A model generated the notes under the pieces. That model worked only from the letters and a program-made list of their open reading frames with translations, was not told where the DNA came from and made no database searches. The translations under genes and the position numbers were made by a program. Below are positions 1-13,388 of a stretch of 34,830 nt of DNA, in pieces; the first letter of the stretch is position 1, and each line of letters starts with the position of its first letter. The DNA comes from Toensbergia leucococca. Taxonomy: Eukaryota. The stretch spans positions 186,001-220,830 of the forward strand of contig JALDZS010000015.1 in assembly GCA_022813965.1 (NCBI GenBank). Direction: 5' to 3'.

Positions 1-551
1 AGATTGTTTGAAAGAGCATTGAGCTGCGTCTGTATCCGTAAAGAAAGAGGTGAAGTTCCTTACACCTCTTGTGGAAGTATGGGACGGCTTTATTCCGAGG
101 CGAAATGATGGCGGGATGGGGAAGCATGGAAGCTATGCACCCGATCAAACGAGAGAGAGGGAGAGAGGGGAAAGATGACTTTTTGATTGAGCGCTGTGGA
201 GAGAATGAGAGGGGGGTCGGTAACACAGCCGCCACAAGCCACCCCCCCTCAACCCTATTTCAGGACAAACCCCTTCGAACAAGATCGGTATCACGAGAAA
301 AAGCAATATTTCTTTGAGAACAGGAAGACATCGTACATCAGCCCCTCAAATCCCAACCCATTTGAACCCCTGACCGCAAGCCCCTGTCGCTATCCCTATT
401 CCCCAACCACACAACAGTTAAAAGCACAGTCGTAGTACGCGATCGGATCGCGAACAGGGGGCACTTATCGTCCATTGGCAAGACTCTCGCGATTTCGGAA
501 AAAGAACTCTAGGGACGGGGGTGACGCTATCCCATATATTGTTTTGGACGC

Positions 552-2362
552 TTAATTGAGTTCCTCGAAGCGGCCTTCTTGGACGGCTTTCTCGACGGGA
601 TTTTGGACGTTCATTACGCCCGTGGCTTTTAATCTGCGGGGTTTGAGGGCAGAGATTAGCGATTTGAGTATTTTTCCAAGGAGGGGTGGGTAGGTGGGCA
701 ACGAACCGCTCAAATAACACAAACAACTTCTCCGCTTCTCGCTCCTTTTCCTCGTCTGTCATGTCTGGCCCCAGATCCATAGGCTCCATATCTCTTCTCT
801 GCCCTGTTACAGGGTTGATGTCCTTCCCGTCTGCACTCGTTGTGACTTTCAACCCCAGATCCTCTTCCGTGTCCCCACTTCCCCTGGTGTTCCACTTCTC
901 CATTGCGTCGTCTGGGACAGCCAGATTGTGCGTCGCGAGATATCCGGCTGCGAAGCCGTAGCCAACATTGCGCACGAAGGTTGTGGGATTCTTGTCGGAG
1001 AGGTCGAAGATCATGCTTGAGACGCTCTCCCGGAGGTTGGGTGCTAATGGGGAGCTGAAGTGTCGAAGAAGGCAGGCAGCGAGAGTGTCGGACTGGCCGA
1101 GGGGTTTAGTGCGCTCGTCATTCGAGGGAAGGAGAAGCGACTGCATGTGCGTCTTGACAGGAGTCGGGGCTAATTCGTAGATTTTGCGCAGGAGAGTCAC
1201 GAGAGGAGTGGCAAGGTTTTCGGATTGCTCTTCCGTGTAGAGTCTCACGGTAGAGTCGAGAATGCTGATGAGGCGGTCGATGTTACATTGGGGATCATTT
1301 TTGGGGAAGAGCGGGTTCGGGCTTGATGGTTTGCATTTGTTACTGTCAAGGTCAAGATTTAGGAGAGAATTGATAAGATATGTGACTGGCGGTTGGAGGG
1401 GCGGTGAGGGAATCTTAGCCCGAGAAAGGATCTTGAGGATATTGGGGAGCGATTTCGTGAAGGTTGCTACATGGTGAGGGTAATATTGGGTTAGGTTGAA
1501 GAGGAGTTTGAGAGTCTCGGAGAGCGCCAGTGTATCCATTGGCGGCGGCGGTGGAGACTTTGGGCCATGTTTAGAATAGAATTTGGAATGGCGGGTGATG
1601 TTCTGGAATTTGATAAGCTTCGACTTGCGGACAGCTGGAGAAACCTCATACCAAATTCATGCTTTCAGCTAGCAAGTGATGCTCAATCAGGTCGTCGAAA
1701 TCCAGCGTCGACTCATAGGTCAACAAAAAGAGAATTCGGGAGTTGAGTAGCTCATCTTCTCGATTGTCGTTCTATTAGGACCATTTAGTTGTTTCCTGAC
1801 GACAAGCTGGACTCATAGATACACCTTCAATCTGTCTGCGGTTTTCCTAGCATAACCTAGGTCGACGAATTTTTGCCGAGTCTTGCTTTGCAGGAGCAAA
1901 ACATTGGCCAGACACTTCAAAGCTTCCCGAGAGGTGATTAGGGAGTTGCCGTCATAGCTATGTCGACTGAGGGTCAGTATACCCTGGAAAATACTCCGTC
2001 AGCCATGTTCCGCCGCGCCTTCGGTTCTCGAGATGCTTCAGAGGGCTTCACCTCCTTGGTAAATAAGGGATCCGCGTGCTCAACAGTGCGTATATGTGTT
2101 TTAAGCTGCTGCAGTAACGCATTACGCTCTACAAGTACAGCTGATTAGTGCACACTCTCTGCTTTTGACCACAGGTTGATCGGCTTACGGGGCGGCAAGA
2201 GATTTATCTCTTGCAGATCCACATCTAGTATTTTCATTAACCGTGTGATCTCGTCGAGTTTCGCTATGCCGTGGCTATTTATCAGTAAAGCGGAACAGTG
2301 TACGTCTTTACTGCTGGAGGCTGACCTGTGCCACTGAGATCGGAGGCAGGTTCTGAGCCCAT
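552..2362 (-). CDS. RIC8: Ric8/synembryn guanine-nucleotide exchange factor and chaperone for G-alpha subunits; 7 exons (2362-2326, 2263-2189, 2128-2052, 1983-1825, 1771-1652, 1602-707, 633-552)
   Basis: GT..AG introns join in frame to give MGSEPASDLSGTAKLDEIT...SREALKCLANVLLL...SRILFLLTY...LSETLKLLFNLT...FVRNVGYGFAAGYL...INPVTGQR...MTDEEKEREAEKLFVLFERLKATGVMNVQNPV...GRFEELN*. The GYGFAAG, INPVTGQ and MTDEEKEREAEKLFVLFERL motifs are characteristic of Ric8. Confidence 0.93.
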
Positions 2363-2798
2363 GGATAATGATCTCATGGGGCCAGCCATGACAGGTATTC
2401 GATTTCGAGATTCGGATTACGAAAAAGAGGGGACAGACTGGATTCTGGCGGTGTCGACATGTTACCCAATGAATTGTGTGTAATCCGTACACCGGGCTGA
2501 ATGGAGTATTCTACCCGTGCAAGCGACGACGCCTTTCTTGAGCCTTCAGCTTCAGTCACCACGCATGAACGGGATGGACCGTGGCAGCGTGGCCTTCCAA
2601 CCTCTTTCCACACAGCATTGACGGACATGCACAATTCCATGTCATTTTACTCTATGGAGGTCCTCATCTAGAGAGCGCTAAGTGGATACGGATAAGTACC
2701 TTACGCTTCGAGGCACCTAAAATACTCTAATTTATTCAGTGGTGAGGCCGACACTTAGAATATTCTATTCTAACCGAGGTTAGACGAGTGCACTTTAA

Positions 2799-2840
2799 AT
2801 CGCGTGCAAGGATTATTTTCTGCACGCTTGGCGCGTCTTC
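2799..2840. promoter_or_regulatory. MCB-like CGCG elements upstream of RIF1 in the divergent RIC8/RIF1 intergenic region
   Basis: TCGCGT and GGCGCGT lie about 90-130 bp upstream of the RIF1 ATG. MCB-type elements (ACGCG core) are typical of fungal G1/S genes. Short motifs; function inferred only. Confidence 0.3.
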
Positions 2841-2927
2841 AACGTGCAATACCTTACCATCTCAATCCATCTCAATGTCGACCCTCGACCTCTTCCTATC
2901 ATTATGTGATCGACCCAAATCAAAATC

Positions 2928-5900
2928 ATGGTCGATGTTGCTCCAAGTCTAGCTACACTACCCAATCGTCCCCCTACGCCTCCCAAAGAAAACCATGCAG
3001 AGAGCTTTGCTAAGCCTGCAAGCGACGCCAGCTACCTCCATGAGAGAGCGCACCAAGTGCCTCTTGACACTCCCGAAGATTCTCCTTCTTCCTCTACAGA
3101 ATACTTTGCCAGCTCAGTATTCAAGTCTTCCAAGCGCGTGGGTTTTTCTCCATGGAATGAGTACCACAAAAGTTTGAGCAGTGGCAGCAAGATTGCCGGA
3201 TCAGATATTCAGATTAGACCTTTGCCTCCATCCAAAGAATGCAAGTCCTCAAAGTCCATTCTCAAGTCCTCTGTCTCCAGATCCGACACCCTGGAACTTT
3301 CCTCAGCGGACGACAATTTTCCTGCCATGCTTGAGTCTGTCGTTCAACAACTGGTAAATCCTGCACGAAGCTCTCGACTAGATGCCTACCAGGTTCTGCT
3401 TGGCTGTCTAGCAGCATACAATGATCTTCCCGATTCTCAGGCCGTGGTGGAGAGGATGACGCTGTTGACTGAGTTCATTCGACGAGATATGAATTCAGAG
3501 ATTGCGGATAATGGCCTCCTCGACACGCAATTGGTGACTCAAGCTCTGAAACTACTCACAGCCTTTGTATGGACTCCCAAATTAGCAGAGTCCCTGCCAG
3601 ATGACTTTTGCTCATATATCTTGGAACGCTCAATATCCTGTCTTGAGGATCACAGTACTCCGAAGACGCTTGTGAACCACTACATGCACCTTCTCGCCAG
3701 ACAGGACTTTCCCGTTCATTTGATGAGCAGCGACCGCGTGAACCGACTATTGGCAGCCTTGGATGAAGTGACAACCCATGTCAAGGGCAATGGCATTGCT
3801 GGCCAAAGACTCATGATTTACCAGCGTCTGCTCACACAGGCGAAGTCTCAGATGGCCTCACGAGCAAAAGACTGGATAGATCACCTCTTCTCCGGCATGC
3901 TAAGTAGTATCAAGGAAATCCGGTCCCGCGCCATCGCATTCGGGATTGAAGCTGGTCTTCTTCTAGGAACTATAAGCTCGGTCTCGCAAAATTGCGTAGC
4001 TATGTTCAACAGAGAGTCCCCGGACGGCACGAAATTTTTGGAGCGCATTACTATTCGCTTGATTGGAATGCTAGCTTCGAAGGACGATGGAGTGCATGTT
4101 CCTCAGATATGGAGCGTGGTGATTCTATTTCTCCGGTGTCGACGCCGTCAAATCGAGCGCTGGGAACACTTGAAATCATGGATCGTGCTTATTCAGAGAT
4201 GTTTCAACTCAAGTGACCCCCATGTCAAGTTTCAAGCCAATCTTGCTTGGAATAAGTTGGTATTTTCAGTCAGTCTGGACACGTCCACTGGCTACTCGAT
4301 GACCAAAATGCTTCGGCAGCCTCTCGTGACCCAAATGGAACGCAAGGCTAATGACAAGCCTTCACGATCCGCAAAGCAGATCGCCCAGTCCAGTTATTGT
4401 ACCCTTTTATACTATGCATTTCGACCTGGGGTCACACATGCCCAGCTCGATCAATACTGGGACCAGTACGTTTCTCAGATACTCCCAGGCAGCTTCGTGA
4501 TAAACAAAGCCGATGCGAATTACGCTTGCCAGATCCTTGCGGCTCTTTTCGGAGACACGCACTCAAAAGCATGGGACGAAAATAGAGCCAATGTGAGCGG
4601 TCCTGTCAGAGCCAATGAACTGCCACGTCTAGACCCCAAATGGGTTCGCTTAAGGGTGGCCAGTATCTTGAAGGTATTCGAAAGATTCTTCGAGTCTGCT
4701 AGCTGGGACATGATTGAGGACAATGAAGCAGATCTTGTGCATGCGTGGAGAAACTTTGCAAAGGCACTCGGAGACGCTGGCAGTAAGGAGGTCAAAGTAT
4801 CAGTCGAAGCCATGACTGCCATCGCTCGGGTGCTGGATACCATTAAAACTTTTTGGGAACGAACAAGTTTGCGCCAGGCTTCTGACGGTCAGCCAGATCT
4901 CTCGATCCCTCTTAAACGATTCGGCATTCTGATCAACCTTGCGGTCGCCGGCATTGGTAACATACCTTTCATCGAGAAGCGATTTATCAAGACTTCTCAC
5001 GATTCTTTTGAAGTATCGGAGACACCATCAAACAGGTCAATTCGATATCACGGAGGCCTCAATTGCCCAGCAATGCATTTGCTAGGTCTCTTAATAACGA
5101 CTGTAGAGGACAGTCAAGTAACCGATATATACAGTGGTACTATCAAAGATCTCATGCAGATCGCCTTATACTCAGCAAAATCCAGACAGTCGCAGCTCAA
5201 AGTACTACGAGACTTGATACACTTGCTACTTCCAGAGGAACCTATCCGCTCTCAAGCTAGAGTGGTACTATGGCGACTTATTGCAGAAGCCACAAGTCTC
5301 GCTCTCAAATCTTCGAATTCGCCGGAAAATATCAGTGACAGCCCACAATGTGTTGGTCGCGAACTCCGAGAAGTCGTCAAGACCTTAGAGATCGGTATTT
5401 TGCAGCGTTCTGATAACATGATTCCTACCTGGCAGACCTTAAAGGCTAACGTCTTCCGAGACGTGCAGCAAGAGATTGGTGATGGAGGCGTAGTAATTGC
5501 TGTTATTGAACCTCTTGCGGCTTACCTCCGTCAAGATAACACGACTAGCGATGAAATCATCCTACGCTATGCTACCTCACTATTAGACTACATCCCATGG
5601 CCAACTCGGCAGACAATGGAGCAGGCCCGCAAATCCCTCTGGGGCGCAAGTCTCACGTCTTCAAAGCACGCGCCTACGGACCCCTACGATAATCTATATG
5701 GCATGATAGTCCATGTGCTTCGAACCTCATACTCGTGCAGTACACCGAACGTTTCGAACACTTTGATTGATTTCTTTTCAGCGGTGACATTATTCATCTC
5801 GTCGTGTCCTCCTTCATTCCAGAACGTTCTCTTAAAGCGAATACAACAAGGGCTCAACTGCTGGATCGAAGATCCAGACAAAATGCTCAACACTGACCTT

Positions 5901-8725
5901 TCCGAGTCTCAGGCAGTCTACCAAGCAGTAAGTAAATTCCGTGTAGGCAGGGTTCCAGCCCTAATATCAATCAATAGGTTTTAAAGGTGTGGGCCGCCAT
6001 TAGAGATGCTATTGACCATTCACCGAAGACAGACAGTACGCTTTTGCAATCGATTGAGACTCTTATTGTCTCCAGCTTGAGAAGCCGGCATAAGGGCATA
6101 CTCAACGAATCCATCGAACTATGGAACCGGACGTTTGGAAACGCAGAAAGTCTAGAGTATCCAGATGCATTACGCAAAGTTATGCTAAAATTGAGACTGG
6201 TCGCTGAGCTTAAATTACCAGGCTTCCTAGCAGAGATGGATGAAGAGGTTTGTGCTTTCTCGTTGTGGCTCAATATTAGAACCATAGCTTACAAAAGAAA
6301 GGTGGCATCATCGCCATTTGATTTCATCGAGTCCCCAGAGGGAGATGAAATGATACAGCAGATACCTATCGCTTCTGTCAATCATACTGAAGACTTTACC
6401 ACCCTCAAAGCTATGTCACCGCCACTGATCGGCGTTCAGCAACCATCGAACGTCTTGACAAACCTTTCGGGGCCACCGCCGAGACGAAGAGGTTTAAAGA
6501 CTACCCCGACAAGACGTCTGCGACATCTTGACTCTCAGATCCAATTTGCTGCAATCGAGTCTTCCCCGATAGAATTTGAAGGCGTCGAATCGCAACTTCT
6601 AACGGATCGGCAGAAGGAAGTCCAAGAACGCCAAAGGCACGAAGCAGCGGCAATTTTTCCAGACTTGAAGTCCAGTCCTAGGCTTATATTACGCGACGTG
6701 GAAGTCAGTCCTGCGATGTTGATTACAAGTATAAATCGAGGCGCCCCCAAAGCTTTCGATCCCGATAGTGAAAGCAGCCCCATATTCCCCTCGATAGATA
6801 TTTCGATGAATGATTTCCTTGGATCCTCACCTACACCTAAGTCAAGTAAGAAAGGGTCAGTTGGCCACTCCTCTGATCAGGACCCACGGTCGTCTCCGCA
6901 TAGCGTCTCGTCGTTTGCAAGGCTGCCTGAGCAAGCTAATCCACCTCTATCCCCATCCGAAGCTGCACAGAACAGGGCTGGCAGAGGGGATGATACTGTA
7001 AATATACGCAGCCCTGGGAAGCGAGCGGATACACCAGTCAAATTAGCACCTGTATCCACCCTGGATATCGACGAGCGTACCGCTAATATGCTCGTGCAAA
7101 ATAGTCAAGATTTCCAGATGGAAACTCCACACCCAGATCTAGGAAAGTCTAAGGCAGAATACCCACACTCGCCCGACGTAAATCTCTTTTCTGACTGCGA
7201 TGTCTTCGTAGACGCTTCTTCGGATCCCATTTTGTCTAGTCCTGCCAACACTAACCATGTCTCAGATAGCAAGCACAACAAGGGACAGGTCTCTTTGGAG
7301 CCTCAAACAGAAAGTCGATCTGAGGGATTCAACCCTATCGTTGCAAGTGAGGAGGGTAGTGATCCTCACACCCTAAGCAACGCACCTACAGCAGCGAATA
7401 GCGGTCCATTATCCACCCTGCAAGGTGATGTTAGCAGGATTATGGATTCTTTCGAGAAGGAAGAAGGAGAAGAAATACCTTGTCTCTCCACCAATGAAGA
7501 CGACCAAATTTCAGCGCAGTTGGTTAGCGATCTTGAAAGAGCGTCATCACAGGTGGAGAGGGGCCCGTATGAAAGGAGTCTGGCTAGGGGCCGGTTAAGC
7601 AAGATCACAAGGAAACGCGGAAATAACTTGGGAAACCTTAGCGCAAAGAAAGCGAGATCGCGGTCATTGCCTAAGACCTTACAAGTCGTCATTGAGTCTC
7701 GGCCCCAAGGATCACTTGACAAAGAGCCCGATGATATAGTGTTACTTGAAACTCGCTCGGTTGCGAACGGCGAAATCCACCGTCGACAAGAAGTACAGAA
7801 AGAGCAATCACTACCGCTGTCAGGGTCTGAATTTACTCAGGCTCCAGTAACCACGCCGGAATTCAGGAAGATCCCGGCACGCGTACCGAGAACATCAACT
7901 GGCAGCCCCGTGGCCTACCAAGAACCTTCGAGAACTTCCAAGAAACGAAGAGCTTCTCATGGAATGATCACCGAAAGCGAGACTGGTGCAGGTATGCCAA
8001 GCCCTGGCAAACGGAGAAGATCGACACGCCTCAGCCAGGCATCCACCCACAATTCTTGCGCCCAGTATCCTGTCACTATGGGCGACAAAGTATCTGATGG
8101 CCATGCTCCATTTATGGCTGCGAGAGACATGATCTCCACCGGAGATGAGAACACTACTGACAGGACCAATCGCTTAGAATCTACTTCTAAAATTGTAAAA
8201 CCTGCGATCGAAAAATCTATTGACCATAAAATGTCACCCCGAGGTCATGTAAACCAAAATCAAACACCCGCCGAGCCCCCAAAACCTAGGAAGGACACTA
8301 TAGTGTTGGGAAAAGAAGACGAAACGTCTACTTCAGAAGTAGACCCGACTCATACGCCATTCACGAGCGAGCAGAGGAGACAAAGTGGAATAGAAAACGA
8401 GGAGGATTTGCGGACAATCTCAGCGATCTCGTTCCCAAACTCTGAAAGGGGCCACACCCCTGGCGGCATCGCCCCAGCTGTTGCTAGCTTTCCTTTTGGG
8501 CGTTGTTGCGATCCGAAGCCGTTATTCAATGATAGCCGCAATTCTGACCATGCTGCACAACCGACGGGGAAAAGTATCGTCGAAAAATTTCGGTCTTTAC
8601 TCTCGGATATTCAGCAAATTGGACTCGAGGCAGAGGAAGAAAGGGAGATTGTTGGTGTTTTGTTTCAGACGGTAGGAGCAGTTCATGAAGCGGGCCGACG
8701 AGGCAACTGCAAAAAGAGCTGTTGA
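2928..8725 (+). CDS. RIF1: Telomere length regulator / replication timing factor Rif1; exons 2928-5927, 5978-6247, 6302-8725
   Basis: N-terminal PP1-docking motifs KRVGF (RVxF) and KSILK, then a long HEAT-like Rif1_N region (SRLDAY, QALKLL, VPQIWSVVILFL, LIQRCFNSSD, LPRLDPKWVR). The Ser/Pro-rich disordered C-half contains RRLRHLDSQIQFAAIESSP. Intron 1 is GTAAGT..CTAAT..TAG (5928-5977); intron 2 is GTTTGT..GCTTAC..AAG (6248-6301). Confidence 0.92.
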
Positions 8726-9099
8726 GGGTCAATGGTGAGGTTGTATTTTGCTAGCAGCATTGTTTCATACCCTTCATATTGGTTTCAGCGGCATAGCGAA
8801 GCAAGGGAGGCGAGGGGATTCGATTTCTTCATGCTATTTCGGTTTATGATTAGGCAGAGGCCCTGCAGTCCCAAATCTCTCCACCTGACACCCCTGACAC
8901 ACCAACAAGTGAAGTCCCATCCCCTTCGACCGGTCTTTCTTCGGATCGACCGTTATTTCAGCCGAGAGGCCCCGGCTGTGTGGCTACGCTAGTAACCCCT
9001 GCCGACGTTTCAGATCTGAGCTAGCCTGCTCGCTAATTTCATTCCAACGATTCTGCCGGTGTAATGTTAGGTGGGGTTAATAGCTCGCAGTTGCTCTGA

Positions 9100-10336
<1,237 letters not shown>

Positions 10337-10866
10337 GGAGCAAGTAAGGGATTCTTTAAGACCAACGACTGACGACCCAGAATGACCTGCATCTGGAGAG
10401 TGATGTTTTGGACGGGGGTAATGAATCTGTTTTTTGGGTGTCTATGCTGTCTTGGTTAGTTCGCACGGTATGGTAGCCTGCTAAACATTTATAGCGAATA
10501 AGCCGTTGTGTTCTCTCGCGATTAGAGATAGCACTAATACAATCGAGAAGGTCTTCCCAACGTTTCTTCATCACATGAGGAGAAGTGCACTATACTGATC
10601 GACGGTACTCCATAATGGAGATAGGTAACCGGCTAAAACGGCGCACACAATCGGCAGCTTGTTAGCTTCCTAAGGTAGGTCATACAATGTTCTTGCGATG
10701 TGATTGAATTCTGAACTTCTTTCTGCATTGTTTATACCGGGCGTGTAGCTTTCTTCTCGGCGACTCTCACACAAATCTCAATTGATACCACTTGGTTTTC
10801 ATTGTGTCAATTTTGAAAGTCTGCTGATTGATAAGAACCTTATCTATTTAAGCCTCGGCTGTTTTG

Positions 10867-12932
10867 ATGCAACCAACATCGCCTACCCTGAAAAATGACG
10901 CCTCGAGTATCGACGACACATTGACACAGCATTTTTCGGCTCGTGAAGGCATTGCACTGCAAGATTTCGCAGACTCGGAATCTGCTCGGCCTCGCAATTT
11001 GACCGTTGGCCCAGGGCGAGATTACGATGATGAGAGTGACAATGAAGATCTTCGCTCCGAAGAGAAAACACTTCTTCCACAGCCAGATTTACTGCAGCGT
11101 CCTTCAAGCATAGACCGACGCCTCTCCTATGTTGAGGAAGACGAAGCTCGGCCACCTGTTTCTCTGCCTCGAAAACCCAAACTTGTTTCATGGAGCGATC
11201 TTCCCCACAAAGGGCAACTTGCCATTCTGACAATGGCTCGCCTCTCCGAGCCTCTGACGCAGACTTCATTGCAAGCATACATGTTTTATCAGCTCAAGTC
11301 GTTTAATCCGTCGCTCCCAGACTCTACGATAGCATCCCAGGCTGGTATTCTGCAGGGTAGCTTCACCGCCTCACAGTTTTTCACGGCGATACTTTGGGGC
11401 AGAGCTTCTGACGCTGATTGGGGCGGGCGGAAGAAGGTTCTGTTGATTGGCCTGTTAGGTACATGCATCTCATGCGTTGGCTTCGGCTTCTCCAGGTCTT
11501 TTGTGCAGGCCGTCATGTTCAGAACGCTGGGCGGGGCTTTGAACGGGAACGTAGGGGTAATGCGAACGATGATCTCTGAAATAGTAAAGGAGAAGAAATT
11601 TCAAGCTCGCGCTTTTCTGCTACTCCCCATGTGTTTCAATATAGGGGTGATCATTGGACCAGTTTTGGGCGGGATCTTGGCAAACCCTGTAGAGAATTAT
11701 CCGAGTGTCTTTGGGGAAAACTCTCTATTAGGTGGCAAGCAGGGAGTTTGGTGGCTAAAGCATTGGCCCTATGCTTTGCCGAATTTGCTGAGTGCACTAT
11801 TCTTATTCGTCTCCGCGGTTGGTGTCATCTTTGGGCTTGAAGAGGTATCTAAGCCGTGACACCTGTACTCTGGTATGAATCTTCACAGACTAATCCTGCA
11901 CAGACACTCGATTCCTTACGAGACAGGCCTGACCTTGGTCTACGTGTTGGTAAATATATGGCCAACCTTTTCAGACGCCTCTTACGACCTAGGTCTCATC
12001 ATTATACTGCTGTAACAGGCGAAGAACCTATCAACTCGCCTATCCGAAGCTTTGGTGTTGAAAGCTTCGACCTCGGAACGCTCCATCGGCCACCCAACGA
12101 GCGACGAGCTAACATTCCAAGGCCTCAGAAACTCAAACGCAAATTACCCTTCCGCCGTATCTGGACAAGAAACGTCTTGTTCAACCTTTTAACGCACGCC
12201 TTTTTATCTTTCCATGTCGGAACTTTCCAGAATCTTTGGTTCATCTTCCTCTCCACCTCTCGCTTTGACCCATCTCACCCGATACCTCCAAGTCACACAA
12301 CCCAACGGCTTCCCTTCTCTTTCACCGGTGGTCTAGGCATGCGGCCTCGTAGCGTGGGATTGGCGATGGCGGTACTTGGGGTCTTTGGCATAAGTTTACA
12401 GATCCTTGTGTACCCAACCGTGAATCAGAGGTTTGGCACACTAAGAAGTTACCGCTGGAGCTTACTATTGTTTCCACTTGCTTATTGCCTGGCACCTTAC
12501 CTATCTCTAGTCCCATCTAGTAAAGACCCTCCGGCACAGGCAAGTGGGTTCCTTGTTTGGATGGCCCTAGCAGGCGTGCTTCTTATTCAAGTCATCGCGC
12601 GCACTTTCGCCTTACCAGCAGCTATCATACTTATCAACAATTGCTCTCCGCATCCCAGCGTGCTCGGAACCATACACGGGTTTGGTTCGACTGTGAGTTC
12701 CCTGAGCAGAAGTGTGGGACCAATTCTAGGAGGGTGGGGATTTGGCTTTGGACTCAGAAAAGGTGTGGTAGGAGGTGTATGGTGGGCTTTGGCAGCTGTG
12801 GCGGCATTGGGCTGGGTTGCTAGTGGGCTTGTTTACGAAGGGAGTGGACATGAGATTTTTCTAGAGGGAGAGACGGCCGAAGACCGTGGAAAGGAGGTCG
12901 AAAATTGGGAAGAGGGTAATCGGGCTTCTTGA
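10867..12932 (+). CDS. Major facilitator superfamily transporter (ZIFL/YCR023C-like group); exons 10867-11844, 11904-12932
   Basis: About 12 hydrophobic segments. Motif A-like WGRASDADWGGRKKVLLIGL, plus GALNGNVGVMRTMISE, FNIGVIIGPVLGG and LGTIHGFGSTVSSLSRSVGP. Intron GTATCT..CTAAT..CAG. Confidence 0.9.
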
Positions 12933-13211
12933 GGTACACAGAGATTCTTTGACTATTTTACCGAAACTTATCACAGATACTGAAGTATTTTCATACTTAC
13001 CTGTATCATTAGATTGAAGGTAATGATACATTGACGACTCCATTTTATATGCATACTCTACACCCCGCAATATTTGCACAGTGAATTCAATGTATCTCAA
13101 GGCGTTGTCAGTGTATCAATACCCTCAATCTAATGATACCAATAATCATGAGAACACCTCAGTATCAGTGATGAATTTCTGTAAGATATTGAAAAAAAGT
13201 GTGTCTTCAAG
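12928..13211. mobile_element. Fold-back/MITE-like element: imperfect inverted repeat of about 110 bp (12928-13038 / 13104-13211) with a spacer of about 65 bp
   Basis: Left arm ...atcacagatactgaagtattttcat...gtatcattagattgaaggtaatgatacattgacgac aligns to the reverse complement of the right arm ...atcactgatactgaggtgttctcat...gtatcattagattgagggtattgatacactgacaac. The two small opposite-strand ORFs in the track are mirror peptides (QSNDT..ENTSVSV..F.KI). Confidence 0.75.
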
Positions 13212-13388
13212 GAACTTGAAGAGTAATCAAGAGAACGGCCACAGTAGAACGCCATTGTCCATCCCTCGATTTCCCTCGAGAACGTAAGCGAGACTGCAAA
13301 TCACCGAGGCAAGACTTTAAAGCAAAAAATCCGATTCCTAGTTGTCTACATTGTCTACTTTAATTCAATACCCGCACAGAAGCCTCAC

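Noticed and set aside
1..435. Two 82-aa ORFs at the window start
   Set aside because: Purine-rich/low-complexity intergenic sequence with non-ATG starts and no recognisable motifs.
418..706. C-terminal extension of the 373-aa ORF (FVAHLPTPPWK...RLCF)
   Set aside because: Read-through of the last RIC8 intron (706-634). Splicing gives the conserved RLKATGVMNVQNPV end with a stop at 552.
12861..13287. Two small similar ORFs on opposite strands (79 and 68 aa)
   Set aside because: Their similarity is just the inverted repeat; no sign of coding function.
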